Part shown: piece by piece, positions 1 to 15,873 of the stretch
How positions within the stretch are numbered: position 1 is the stretch's first letter
Layout of the letters: every line of letters starts with the position of its first letter
The notes under the pieces: model-generated
Told to the model about the DNA's origin: nothing
The model's input: the letters and a program-made list of their open reading frames with translations, nothing else
Databases searched by the model: none
Made by a program: the position numbers and the translations under genes
Origin: Eledone cirrhosa
Lineage: Eukaryota
DNA: 64,000 bases
Direction: 5' to 3'
Assembly: GCA_964016885.1 (NCBI GenBank)
Contig: OZ024742.1
Coordinates: 204,848,001-204,912,000, forward strand

Positions 1-1336
<1,336 letters not shown>

Positions 1337-2974
1337 AAAAAAAAATATGTAAGCGGGCCTTAGCAACTCCACTGAAGATGCTCTTCAGAAGCTCCTTGGC
1401 TAGCGGTGTACTACCCAGGGAGCTGAAAGAAGGCACAATATGCCCTATCCATGAGGGAGGTAGTAGAGCGGAGGCCAAGAACTATAGGCCAGTCTCCCTG
1501 ACGTCGCATATCAGTAAGGTCATGGAGCGAGTCGTCAGAAAGAAACTAATCACTTTCCTCGAAGAAAATGACCGCCTGACTAGCACGCAACATGGCTTCC
1601 GCCCAGGAAGAAGCTGCCTTACACAGCTGCTAACATCACTACAACTGGGTACTGAGACAGCTACTAGACAGCTCACATGTAGACGTGATATATCTTGACT
1701 TTGCGAAGGCCTTTGACAAGGTCGACCACGGAATGATATGTCACAAACTACACGGACTCGGCATAACTGGAAAAGTAGGTGAGTGGCTGCATGGCTTCCT
1801 GAGGGACAGAAGCCAGGCAGTCGCAGCAAATGGGGCCCTCTCGAGGGAAACACCGATAACAAGTGGGGTGCCTCAGGGGACAGTCCTGGGACCACTACTG
1901 TTTTTGGTGGCTCTCTCGGACATGCCCTCTGTGGTGCATGCAACAACATCCCTCACTAGCTATGCTGATGACACTAAGGTAGCACAGGCAATCAAAAACC
2001 CGGCTGACGCTGCCCTCTTACAGCAGGATCTGGATGCCATATACAGATGGGCGGAAGAAAACAACATGCAGTTTAATGCTGGCAAATTCCAAGCCCTACA
2101 ATACAAACCTGCAAACACAAACACAAATATAGCGGAACACAGCTACACAGGACCAGGAGGGACCGATATCCCCGTGTCAAAATCGATACGAGACCTGGGC
2201 ATAGACATGAGCGATGATGCATCTTTTTCTTCACACATCATGAAGGTGGCGACAGCATGTAGACGATTCGCTGGCTGGATCTTGAGGACTTTCCTTACAA
2301 GAGATCGAGACACCATGTTGACAATGTGGAGGACTTTTGTCCTAAGCCGCCTGGACTACTGCTCCCAGCTGTGGTCACCCCATAGTGTCAAACTAACCAC
2401 AGAGCTTGAGGCAATCCAGCGAAGCTACACCAAGAGGATTGCCAGGATGAGGGAGACAAGCTACTGGGAGAGGCTGAAGGAACTGAACCTCTACTCCTTG
2501 GAGCGAAGACGGGAGAGATACGCAGTGATCTACATGTGGACAGTGATCTACATGTGGAAAATCCTGGAGGGACTAGCACCAAACTTTGGCATTGGGAGCT
2601 GGACCAACCGTCGAACAGGACGTCACTGTGTGGTGCCAAAGGTCCCGTCTTCCACATCTAGAATAAGGAGCAGGTATTGCAATAGCCTGGGATTCAAGGG
2701 CCCTCAACTCTTCAACAGGCTGCCGAGGCATCTGCGAGACTTGCATGACGTGGAGGTGGATGTCTTTAAGAAACATCTCGACACCTTGTTATCCAGGATC
2801 CCGGATGAGCCCACAGCAAGACACGAGGGAAACCTAAGGGCAGCAGCAACAAACTCCCTCCTACACCAGTGGCCAACCTATACAGGCTGGAGATAAAATG
2901 TGTAGCAACAAGGGCGGTGCCCCAGCATGGCCTCAGCCGGATGGCTGAAACAGGTAAAAGAGTAAAAGAGTAAA
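1337..2974 (+). mobile_element. 5'-truncated CR1/L2-group LINE (RT domain plus 3' end), frameshifted
   Basis: Motifs [44 protein letters not shown]. Frameshift near 1633; in-frame 18-bp duplication 2523-2558; 3' tail (GTAAAAGA)n; embedded in (TA)n. Confidence 0.92.
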
Positions 2975-3088
2975 TATATAGGCATATATATATATATAGG
3001 CATATATATATATATATATATATATAGGCATATATATATATATAGGCATATATATATATATATATAGGCATATATATATATATATATA

Positions 3089-3136
<48 letters not shown>

Positions 3137-3169
3137 CATATATATATATATATATATATATAGGCATAT
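2975..3169. repeat. (TA)n/GGCA microsatellite
   Basis: Direct reading. Confidence 0.95.
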
Positions 3170-5655
3170 ATCATCATCATCATCATCATCATCAACGTTT
3201 AACGTCCGTGTTCCACGCTTGCATGGGTTTGGACGGGGGTAGTCCCACTTGAGGCAAGAGTGATTGTCTTGCTCGCATAGGACTGTCTGGCAGGTTTTCT
3301 ACAGTTGGATGCCCTTCCTAACACCAACCACATTTACAGTGTGGGTCTGGGAAGTTTTTACCGTGTTGCCTACACGGCCACATTACAGCGTGGACTGTGT
3401 GTTTTTTTGTCGTGACACCTACACGATCTCATTTGTTTCGGCCTCGATGGCGCGGCACCAACATAACTTTACATAGAACGGGGTGGTGTGGATGGGGGGG
3501 GGGGGGTATTTTGTTAGAGATGCCTACTGGCTGGAGTAGGTTTTACTATATATTTAGGTAAGGCGGGTCTTCTCTGTTACTGAGTACCGCCAAAGGTCTC
3601 GGTCCAGTGACATTGTCTTGGAGAGGTGTAAGTGTGTGATGTCGGAGTTTATCAGCTCGTCCCAGGTTTTTCTAGGTCTGCCTATTCCGTGACTACCGTC
3701 TATCTTTATTGCCCTGCACTTTGTTATACAGCTATCGACTTTCATGCCCATCACGTGTCCATACCAACGTAGCCTTCTCTCGAGTAAACAACATCTGATC
3801 CCTCTTATCTCTAATTTTTTCCTTAGTTCGTTTATGCTTTGCCGTTCACGTATATTACTGTTACACATCCAGCGGAGCATGCAAGCTTCGTTCCTCTCTA
3901 GTCTGAGTATATCCTCTGCACACAATGCCCAGGTCTCACTGCCATGCAGCATTGCTGTTCGTATGCAGGCATCGTACAACCTGCCTTTCATTTTTAGTGA
4001 GAACCCTTTAGCAGCTAATAGTGGTATAAGCTTTCTGAACTTTTTCCAACCAGTTCTGACTCTAGCTACAGTACTTTCAGAGCACCCTCCCCCACTGCTG
4101 ATTTTATCGCCCAGGTAACGGAAGCTGTCCACTATTTCTATAGAACCCTCTGCGCAATTGAAAGAGCTAGTAGTTTGTGGGCACTTGCTGCTACTTATTG
4201 CACCAGAGCACCGGCCACATGTAAAATCTATGTTCTTAGTTAGCTTACCTGTGATCCCACTACATCTTTTATGCACCCATACTTTGCATTTAGGACATAA
4301 AATGGAGTTTCTACCTACGCCTTTCCTACACACCGAGCACGACCATTTCCCAGAAGGGACCGCCGCCTTGTTTTCTTTCCTACAAACTAGTACTTTGGTC
4401 TTAGCCAGGTTAATTTTAAGTCCTTTTGACTCTAGGCCGTGCTTCCATGTTTGGAATTTCTTCTCTAGCTCGGCCATTGATTCCGCTATGAGTGTCAGGT
4501 CGTCTGCGTATAGGAGTTCCCATGGGCAGCCTGTCTTGAACTCCTCTGTTATAGCCTGAAGGGCAATAATAAATAGTAGTGGGCTGAGAACAGAGCCCTG
4601 ATGGACGCCAACTTTTACGCTAAACTCTTCACTATATTCGTTGTTAATTCTAACCTTGCTGACTGTTTCTTTATACATGGCTTGTATAGCCCTCACAAGC
4701 CATTCGTCAACGCCTAGTTTTCTAAGAGCCCACCAGATAATGGAGCGGGGGACTCTGTCGAAGGCTTTCTCCAAGTCGACAAAAGCTAAGTAGAGGGGTT
4801 TACCTTTAGCTAGGTACTTCTCCTGTAGTTGTCGTACTATGAAAAGAGCGTCTGTGGTACTTTTGCCTGACACAAACCCGAACTGCATTTCATCTAGGTC
4901 AATTCTCTCTCTGATTAGTTGCGCTATTACTTTTTCCGTGACCTTCATGACCTGGTCGATTAATTTAATGCCTCTATAGTTACTCCTATCTAGGGCGTCT
5001 CCTTTACCCTTATAACAGTTAACGATGATGCTGCTATGCCAGTCCTTCGGAACAACCCCATTCTGTACGACTTGGTTAACTATGCGGGTGACCATGGTGT
5101 GTCCCACCGTGCCAGATGCCTTCAGCATCTCAGCAACTATTTCCGAAGGCCCAGCCGCCTTACCCGTCTTCATATCCTTGATTGCCTTACTTATTATACT
5201 CCCCTCGACTAACACTGCTGGTCCCTCTATTGGGTCGATATGGGGGAGACTGCCTTTCTCCCAATTATTCTCCTCATTTAGTAGCCTTTCATAGTGACAC
5301 TTCCAAGCTACCTTCTTATCAGCGTCGGTGATGGCAAGTGTGCCATCGTCGTTTAGTACACACTTCTCCCCGACAATATCACGGTTTTCCTTGACGCATT
5401 GCCTAGCAATCCTGAACACCTCACGTTTTTGGTCATCGCGTTGTAGAACATGCTTGAACTTTCTTTCCTCAGCTTCCCTTCTTGCTAAGTACACTTGTCT
5501 CCTAGCTTCCCTCCTGGCCACTTGATAGTCCTCTCTACTTCCCCCATCCCGCCATACTTTCCAAGCCTGCTTTTTGGCCTTAATTGACCCCTCCACCTTA
5601 CTGTTCCACCACCATGTTACTCTCCTCCTGCCTACAGGCCTGCTCCAGCCACAGA
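3170..5655 (-). mobile_element. RTE-clade LINE, 5'-truncated, RT frame intact (stop at 3554), (GAT)n tail
   Basis: [43 protein letters not shown]. (CAT)n on + at 3170-3193; both ends abut (TA)n. Confidence 0.96.
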
Positions 5656-6908
<1,253 letters not shown>

Positions 6909-7011
6909 GGAAAACGTATGACCTCTTTTTCCTATTTCCCACTCTACTACCCTAAGTATTGAGTACTCTGGTGCGTTATGGTCCATCTGGTTCCTTACCA
7001 CAATTCCTTTG

Positions 7012-7014
<3 letters not shown>
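6909..7014. repeat. Short TA-embedded interspersed element; second copy at 63268-63466
   Basis: cttttttcctatttcccactctactaccct...ttccttaccacaattcctttgttata region near-identical at both sites. Confidence 0.8.
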
Positions 7015-7098
<84 letters not shown>

Positions 7099-7099
<1 letters not shown>

Positions 7100-7248
7100 A
7101 AATATTAACAAAATAGTAAATTTTATTATACATATTTCAGAGGTACTTGAATCAAGATAGGACGTACTGTTGAACTTAATTCAAGTACCTCTGAAATATG
7201 TATAATAAAATTTAATGGATCACAAGAACATCTATTTTGTTAATATTT
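7099..7248. repeat. Fold-back inverted repeat
   Basis: aaattttattatacatatttcagaggtacttgaat ... attcaagtacctctgaaatatgtataataaaattt, plus outer arms aatattaacaaaatag/ctattttgttaatatt. Confidence 0.85.
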
Positions 7249-7356
7249 GAATTTAATAATAGCTCTGGAAAATATTTTTTTGCTGTAGAGTGCTTCCAAT
7301 CTACTGTAAAACTCATTCTTTGGTGTACTCATTGAATCTTGTTTAACTCTTTAAAA

Positions 7357-7397
<41 letters not shown>

Positions 7398-7656
7398 CAA
7401 GTAATTTGGCACGAAACCAGGTCCTTAATTTACTCCTATATCAATCTCAGCTTAAAAGGTTAGGTATGACACAAACTCTATCTATATATATACACACATA
7501 TATGTGTCTGTGTGTGCACACACCCGCTCCCACTGTCTTTCATCTAAAGACTATTCAAAGGTATTTAATCACGAGGGGAGTTCACCATTAGTTGATTTAA
7601 CTGACTACACACAGGCTATGTTAAAACATTTGTTTAAGCTACTCCATACATACGTA

Positions 7657-7692
<36 letters not shown>

Positions 7693-9066
7693 CATAAAGC
7701 TTTTGTTAACCATGGTGCGTGCATGTATCTGTTGTTGGTACACACGCATGTTTGTGTGCGTGTGTGTTCGCCCTTACAATTTGCCGCCCGAACTCTTCTC
7801 AGCTCAATCGTTAAAATCAACTAAAGATATGGAAGTGGATCTTTGGTTTTTGTTTAAAATCCGTAAAATGACTCTTGAAATCTAGCGCTGGGTCAATCTT
7901 GTATATAATTTATTGAATTCGATGAAAACTTTAAATACCTATTTATAATGGTAGTTGAGGATGAGTATTAGGTTATGGCAATCACCGAACAAACTGTGGT
8001 GATAGAAAACTCACGATTGTCCTCATACACGAAAATTTCCATTCCCATGCTGATCCAAACCACATGGATCCTCTTGTGTCCGAATCACTCTCTCTATATA
8101 TCTTGATCCAGATCAAACATGTTCCCTCTTCTTCGAACCCGCCCCTTAGTATATCTCTTGCTGAATCAAACCTTAACCATAATTAGATATATGACCATAA
8201 TTAGATATATATATAGAAACACACACACAAAGCACAAAATATATATTTGACTATCAAATCAATACCAATATATATCTGGTATTTATTTTATCGATCTTAA
8301 GAGAGTGAAAAGAAAGAACAGTAGCCAGATCTCCCTCAAATCAGACCTTACTGTCTTAAAAAAAGGACATATTGCACAAATATAGTCCTAGATACATACA
8401 GTTTGAAAAATATAAAGATGAAGTTGTCACGGTTGGAGCATCCTTCATCATAGGTCTGCTAGATCAGGGTTGACCCGAGGTTAAACCACAACAGGTGAAA
8501 TTCGATCCATACAGGATATGAAATGAAAATGTGAACTACCAACCAACACTAGAGGCCGTATTAAGCATTAAATTCGGCGCTCTGTTGTATGAGCCAATAA
8601 TTATTTCAGTTACATAAGCCTGCAATTTATATGCAATGGTGATGGAGGATGAGGCGGTGGGAACAGCTCTGTAATATCTTCATTGGGCATGAAATCTAAT
8701 TAGTTGTTTCTTAATAAACTTATTTATATTAGATCGAGATTCATCACCACCTACACATCCTCCCCAACATAATAAATAAACATGGTCACCAACATCCAAT
8801 GAAAGAATGATCGAAATTTAAATGGATCACAATCATCGTCATCATCATCTCTATTACAATGAATTAATCAATATCAAAGTGAACATATCAACAACAATAA
8901 AAAAAAAACAATAAGATGTAAAGAAAGACGTAAAAAAAAGAATAAATAAATACAGTTACTGGTTGAATATTTAAAATAAATTTGTTTGGAGTGATGACGG
9001 TTGTCAAAAGAGGAAGTATTAAAAGGTATAAATAAACAGACGAACACACACAAACACAGATATACA

Positions 9067-9141
<75 letters not shown>

Positions 9142-9396
9142 ATATATATATATCACCAGTTCTATCCATTGGTAAACCACAAAACATAAATGTTTATATA
9201 TATACATATATATATACATACATACATCTGTGTGTATACATATATATATATATCATACAAATAAATAACAGGCAGATAGATTGATAGACAGCAAGACATA
9301 AGTAGATGAATAGATAGACAGATAGAAAAAGAAGAGAGGGGGCGGAACAAAAAAGAAAGATAGAGAATGTATAAGAATTTTTGTTTTGGTTTTTAC

Positions 9397-10170
9397 CAAT
9401 TCCTTGTGTTCTTTAACAGTCTGAGAGGTTCCAATGGGGGTCTTTGAAGACTGGTGGGGTTGTTTAATGGTGATTCTTAAGGGAGGCCGTTGATCCAAAG
9501 TAGTAATATCCAAGGAAGTAGCACTGCTTTCGCCACAGGTACTGGACACCTTATTAGCAGGTGCTTTACTACTACAACTACTACTAGTAGTAGTAGTAGT
9601 AGTAGTAATGGTACTAGTAGTGGTAATAGTAGTAGGAGCAGCAGTACTGCTGGCGGTAGTAGTGGTATTATTAATAGTAGTATTGTTGTTATTGTTGTTA
9701 GTATTTGTCGGTTGCCAAATGTGGGAACGTTTCTTCTGGATACTTTTCCTTTTGGCAAATATCTTTAACTTTAATTGTCCCTGATCGAAGTTCGTCTCTT
9801 GAATCCGGAATTCTTTCGTTTCGTGCTGACAGTCTCCGTAATCGTCGTCGTCGTCGTCGTCATCATCATCATCATCGTCGTCGTCGTTTGTGTTCTTTCC
9901 TTTGCTGTTGTTGTGGTGGTGACTGCTGTTGTTGTTGTTGTTGCTGTTGCTGTTGTTGTCGTCGTAGTTAGATTCGGCACCGCCACTAGAGGCACAATTC
10001 TCAGATGTCGTAGAAGAAGAACAAGACGATGAAGAAGATGAAGAAGGTGATGATGATGATGATGGCGAAGATGAGGAATCAGTATCGTCACTACTATTTT
10101 CGGCTCCAGGGTGATATCCGGGGGACAGTTTCTTTTCGTACGCTGACTTTGGTCTATCCAACTCACTCAT
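9397..10170 (-). CDS. Probable coding exon of an unidentified host gene; low-complexity (S/D/N/T runs), likely nuclear protein N-terminus
   Basis: Open frame MSELDRPKS...KEHKEL with trinucleotide repeats all in frame. Candidate acceptor ctaacttccag|G at 10202/10201; candidate phase-0 donor TTG|GTAAAA at 9397/9396. Basic-hydrophobic motifs LKLKIFAKRK and PPLRITIK. Confidence 0.62.
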
Positions 10171-11289
10171 TGCTTGGTACACGCACCAACTCCAGATGTA
10201 CCTGGAAGTTAGTTCGTGTCACCGAACTTACTTAGTTCTCTTCTCACCAGAATGTGAGACAGAACCAAGAAACAATAATAGATAAATAGATAAATAGCTG
10301 ATATAATACAATGTAATATAATGATAAATATGTGTGTGTATATATATATATATATATATAAACAAAACTCCAAATTAGTATGAATAACGATTAATGCTTG
10401 TTTTTATATCACTTTCGTTCGTTTGAAATGTTGTATATAATAAACGTCACCGTTGATTTGTCTCGTTGAGCGAAACTCATTGCACTTTTGTCAAAAGGAT
10501 ATATAAATGACATATATTTTTAATTAACATCCACAACAGATTTGGAAAATATTCAATTATCGATCGGAGATAATAAAGATGATAATTATCACCGCACCAG
10601 GCTTTCTTATTTTGTTTTTGCTTTTCTTTCTCCAATACGATTACACAGTAATTAGGGCAAATTAGTGAGTCGGTTTTATAATCCAAGTTTATCAAACAAA
10701 TCCATGTGCATCGTTCGTTGTTTACAATAGTGATTATATGTTAGTAACTGAATCATATATTGTATGAGAAAGGGGACAAGGTCCTAAGGGAACTTGTTAC
10801 AGCATAGCAGCAGTTAGAAGGACCAAACCCAAGAAAATACCAGTTGATTTTGAGATATCTCAGTGTGAATCGTGTTTACAAAAGCAAAGTGTTGTGATGT
10901 AGTAATGGAGAAAAATCGAAGATTTCTTTTTCAATAGACGTAGCTGAGTTAAATGTGTTAGCTATAAGAAAACAACAGCAACGAGGATAATCAAGGATCT
11001 GTGATGAAAGTGGCAGTCAACAAAGGTGAAATCAACAACAAGCTTCTTCCTTAATAATAAACTGTGTATGCGGCTGTGTGTAAATGTATATACATATATG
11101 TGTGTGAGTGTGTATGTGTGATCTTGCCAGAGATTAATTGCAGACGATTCCGATGACAGATAACGAGTGATAAATAAATGCAATATCGTTAAAGATACAA
11201 GGTGGAAATGGTGTTGGGTAAAGTACCGTCTGAGATACTTTGGAAGAGATAGAGGCAAAATTGCTTAGTTTTTTTTTTCTTCTTCTAAG

Positions 11290-11560
11290 AAGCGTGGTCA
11301 CGTAGGTGACCGCCAAAACTACTCTTTTCAGAAGACATGAAACGACTATAATATAAACAATACATGTCATCCAGTTCAAACATCATCTGCTCGATAGCCT
11401 ACCTTATCTTCTTTCAATTTGATAGGTGGAAATTGTCAAAATATCGGGCAAATGGTTCACCCAAACAATCCGTATAAACCATTCTAGTATTCATTAACAA
11501 TATGGCGGTTGGTAGCGGAGCTCGACAGTTACGTAAATCTAATTTCCGAACCATTAATAA
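11290..11560. promoter_or_regulatory. Putative bidirectional promoter region
   Basis: Unique, relatively CpG-containing DNA between divergent exons. YY1-like CAATATGGCGG at 11498-11508; minus-strand donor AAG|GTAGGC at 11403; plus-strand donor CAG|GTAAGT at 12049. Confidence 0.4.
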
Positions 11561-13479
11561 ATTTTTTCCAAGCACTTTAACAGTCTATTTTCGACATGAT
11601 TATTAAATTAATCACAAAGAAAATGATATTTAGTTTCCAGGTAAATCTAATAACTGTGGATCTAACGAAACAGTTTAATAGTTGAATAGACTGTCGGATT
11701 AGGAAATTCTACTCCTTTCGGATTTACTGGTGTTGTTGTGGTAAAGATATACATAAATAACATCTCGCGAGAATTATTTTACCACATCAAATAATAACAT
11801 TTCTCTATCGAATTTATTTTACTTACAAATTATATTTTATATATTCTATCGATAAAATCAGAAAAAGAAATCATTTTTCAAAGTTTATTACTAATTTTCC
11901 CATAATTCTCCCCGTTCATTAAAGATGTCTTTATACATGTAATTTGATAAGAGACAGTAAATGTTGCCTAAACAGCAAATAGTTGAAACTTGCCAGTTAT
12001 CTACCTTATATCATTGGACTACTTTATAAATATATTCCGCAACACACAGGTAAGTAAATCACTTGTAATTTATATAGCTTCTTTCTAATGCTACAATTGC
12101 TATATTTAACTCACTTCAACACATACTATGTATACATACACATATATGTGTGTGTATATAATTTCAAACATGTGCTCCAATAATATATATTGAACGGATT
12201 GTTACTTCTAGTTAATAAATTAAATTGATTATGGTCTTTTTTGAACACTTTCATTGTATTTTGTTTATTAGTTGGGGTTTTTTTTTAAGTCAAGCTATTC
12301 TAGATTTATATATATGTATATTGAAAGGGTGATTTATAAGCGAGTGTACATTAACTGAATGAGCACTCAATACATGCGAGTATATTTTATTTTCAAAACA
12401 AAATGATGGTAGTGACTTCGAAGTTTCGGCGATAGTGTCTCTTCTGACTATATATATATATTTGTAATATATTCACACACACACACTGATATTTGTGTTT
12501 GTAAGTATAGAATTGTAAATACTTGAAGTCGTTAATGCCCTTGACTGAAACTAACCGAGAGTGGCAAATATACATCAAAAACGTTTATACACATTATTAC
12601 AGGTGATCGACAGGAATGTTTAGTGAACCAAAAAGTCAACATAACTTTTCAAATATATTCGATCTTCTCAAAGATTTACGATGTTAAGAAATTTGTGTCA
12701 TTCGTTGGTAACCCGGTTCGTTTACAGAACACGTTTTCATACCGGGATTCGTGGTTTGACCTGTTGGTAAAAGAAAGGAAAGGTACACGGTAGATAATAT
12801 AATCTCTAATATTCTTTATGAGGGGAAGAAGAAGATCGGATGGTGATAAGTGGAGCATTTTTGATAGGAGGCCTGTTGGATAAGGGTTGACCTACGTCTG
12901 AACAACAGTGAACTAACAACAGACTTCCTGACGAAACGGCTCATCCTTCTTGGAACCAACATTACATGAGAACCACAACTTAATATTTCTATTCCGCATT
13001 TAACGTTTAGAAACTGTGTGCGTGTGTATTGATGTGTATATATATTGATATGTATATATGTGTGTGTATGTATGTATGTGTGCGTGCATGTACATGTATA
13101 TATGTGTATATCTCGTCATCGTTTATCATCCATTTTCCATGCTAGGATGGGTAGGACGGGCTGTCCCTTTGTGAGAGAAAAGGTTGGAGGACCGTGCTTC
13201 GCTCACACAGAACTGGTTTAGGCTTGATTTCTACGGCTGGATGCCCTTCATAACGCCAATATATATGTGTGTATGTAGCAGCTCTATCTGGAGCGACTCC
13301 CTGATCTCCAAACTATGCACTCTGATTAATGTTACTCCTAAGACCCTTCAGAGAAACCCCTTTTCAGCCGCTTGTATTCACTACCCAAGATTCATGACTT
13401 CAGATAAGGGTTGGTACAAATACCAAATTGAAGATAATGAGTTTGGCTTTTACACCTACATCCCTTCTTCTGATGACTG

Positions 13480-14100
13480 AATGCTGAAGCTGGCACATTA
13501 CTGCACCAGCTCCTGCAATTTTTGCATTTAATCCAGCCTCCTACCCGCAATCTTTACATAGAAGGCTTAAGAAGGAAATCCCTCTTTAATTAGAGCAATC
13601 TCTCTTGTCTCCCTCTTTGAATATTGGGGTTATTATTCCCAATTGCCATTGCTTAGGTGCCTTTCCAGAGATCCAAGCAACCTGGCACACATGAGTCAGC
13701 CAGAGAATACCTTCTCTATTTAAGACTTTTAACATCTCAGGCCAAATTTCATCCTTCCCAAAGGTCTTGCCATATCTGATTTCTTTAATTGCTCTGGTGA
13801 GCTGTCTCCGAGAGATTAGTTGTTGGTCCTAAATGCATCTTATATACATCAGATGTTGTTGTGACTGGGTTTAGGAAATCAGCAAAGTATTCTCTCCATC
13901 TTCGCAATAAAGCACCCTTCTGAAGAGAGAAGAATCTTGATAGAAAGTATGGAGGAAGACTTCTTATTATGAAGTCAGCAGATGGTCTGCTAGAATATCT
14001 TATTTGCTGATCTAAAGTTGGATTCCAGCTTAACCACAAAGTCCTCCCATTTCTTAACGTTACAGCTTTACTGTTTCTACTGTGACTTTTCACACCTGCT
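13480..14100 (-). mobile_element. Old degenerate RTE/Expander-like LINE fragment
   Basis: Broken frames reading RRWREYFADFLNP ... DEIWPEMLKVL ... WQLGIITPIFK. Confidence 0.7.
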
Positions 14101-14549
14101 TGTACTGCAAATGAAAGAAGGAGGACTTATTTCCAAGCCAATCATTTTAAGCCTCTTCATTTAACAAATAATATCTTTAACCCGTTGATTGAACCAAGGG
14201 GGTCTTTTTGCCACACCAAGCCACTTTCACCCACAGCATTTAACAACTAAACCAGAAACTACTGAATATATATATGTGTATATATATATATCATCATCAT
14301 CATTTTACGTCCGCTTTTCCCTGCTTGCAAGGGTGGGACAGGTCTTATTAAGCACAGCATCCCTCCATTCGTCACGGTCCTTTGTCATCTCCTCCGTGAG
14401 CTTCAGTGATCTGAGTTCTGCTCTCACCACCTCTGCTCATGTTTTTCGTGGTCTTCCTTGACTGTGTCTTCCTTCTACTGTATATATATACAAACACACA
14501 CAAACACACACATGCTTACAGTTAGGGGAGAGAATATATATATATGTAT

Positions 14550-15070
14550 GAGTTTGGTTTCATGCCAGGGAAAAGTACCACTGATGCCCTCTTCTTCGTG
14601 CAGCAAATACAAAAGAAATTCCTAGCCAGAGAGTAAGCAGCTATATTTAGCTTTTGTTGATTTAGAAAAGACCTTTGACAAAGTACCTTGATCTATTATC
14701 TGGTGGTCCTTACGTAAATTATGTGGAGAAGAATGGCTTGTGAGAGCAGTGCAAGCCATGTACAGAGGAGCTATCAGTAAAGTGAGAGTAGGAAGTGAGT
14801 TTAGTGAGGAATTCAAGGTACAAGTAGGAGTTCATCAAGGTTCGGTTCTTAGCCCACTGGTGTACTTCATAGTTCTCCAGGCCATAACAGAGGACTTAAA
14901 AACTGGCTGTCTATAGGAATTTTTCTATGCCGAATCCATGGAAACGGAATTTGGAATCAAATGGTCTGAGAATAAACTTAGCCAAAATTAAAGTGGTAGT
15001 GAGTAGAGAAGATAAGGCCCTGATCCCTTCAGAGAAGTGGCCCTGCCCCGTATATAGAAAAGGAGTAGGC
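14550..15070 (+). mobile_element. Degenerate RTE RT fragment
   Basis: [35 protein letters not shown] with stop codons. Confidence 0.85.
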
Positions 15071-15169
15071 ATAAAGGAGTTGCGACATCACTGCTGCCAA
15101 GCTGTATCGGCCTTAGCCTTTCCCTTGGACAGCGTTCACGGCATAGAGAGGGGAGGCCGGTATGCGTGG

Positions 15170-15850
15170 GTATAGAGAGAGGAGAAATGTCTTCTTGAGG
15201 TAGTTGATGGGAGGAAGAGAGAGAGGAAAATATCTTCCAGAGGTAGTTGAGGATAAGAGAGAGGGAGAAGTATCATCTAGAGGTAGTTGATGATGGGAAG
15301 AGAGAGGGGGAAGTATCATCTAGAGGTAGTTGATGAAGGGAAGAGAAAGGAGATAGGAATGTCTTCTTGAGGTAGTAGATATGGGGGGAGAGGGGAGAAT
15401 GTTTCCACTCCTTTCTCCTTCCCCTTTTCATTCCTCTCCTCCCTCCCTCTCTTGCTCTCCCCGTCTCTTTCACTTTCATCTCACCCACTTTCCTCTCTCC
15501 TGCTTTCATCTCACCCACTTTCCTCTCTCACTATTTCCTCTCTCCCACTTTCATATCTCTCCTCTCTCATAACCTATCATTAATTCTCCCATCTCTCTAT
15601 CCTAAATTTTTCACTTTTCTCATATTTTGCCACTTGTCATTTCTCCTTATTTTCCTTACTCTTTCAATCCCCTCACTTTTTCTCTCTCTTGCTCTCTTTC
15701 TCCCTCTGTCACTCTCTTCTTCCCTCTCACTTGCTCTCCTTTCTGTCTTTCTCTCCCCCACATGCCTTCATCTCACTCTCTTTCACCTCGCAGTTACTTG
15801 TTTTTTTTTTGTTTTTTTTCTCCTTTGATTTTCCAGCCTCCCCCAATTAC
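15170..15850. repeat. GA-rich minisatellite followed by CT-rich low-complexity DNA
   Basis: Repeated gaggtagttga...gaagtatcatcta units, then a polypyrimidine tract. Confidence 0.75.
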
Positions 15851-15873
15851 CATTAATTGTTTTTCTCCACGCC

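Noticed and set aside
3744-5525. Antisense ORFs over RTE copies, recurring in each copy
   Set aside because: Shadow ORFs of the RT frame; they recur because the element is repeated.
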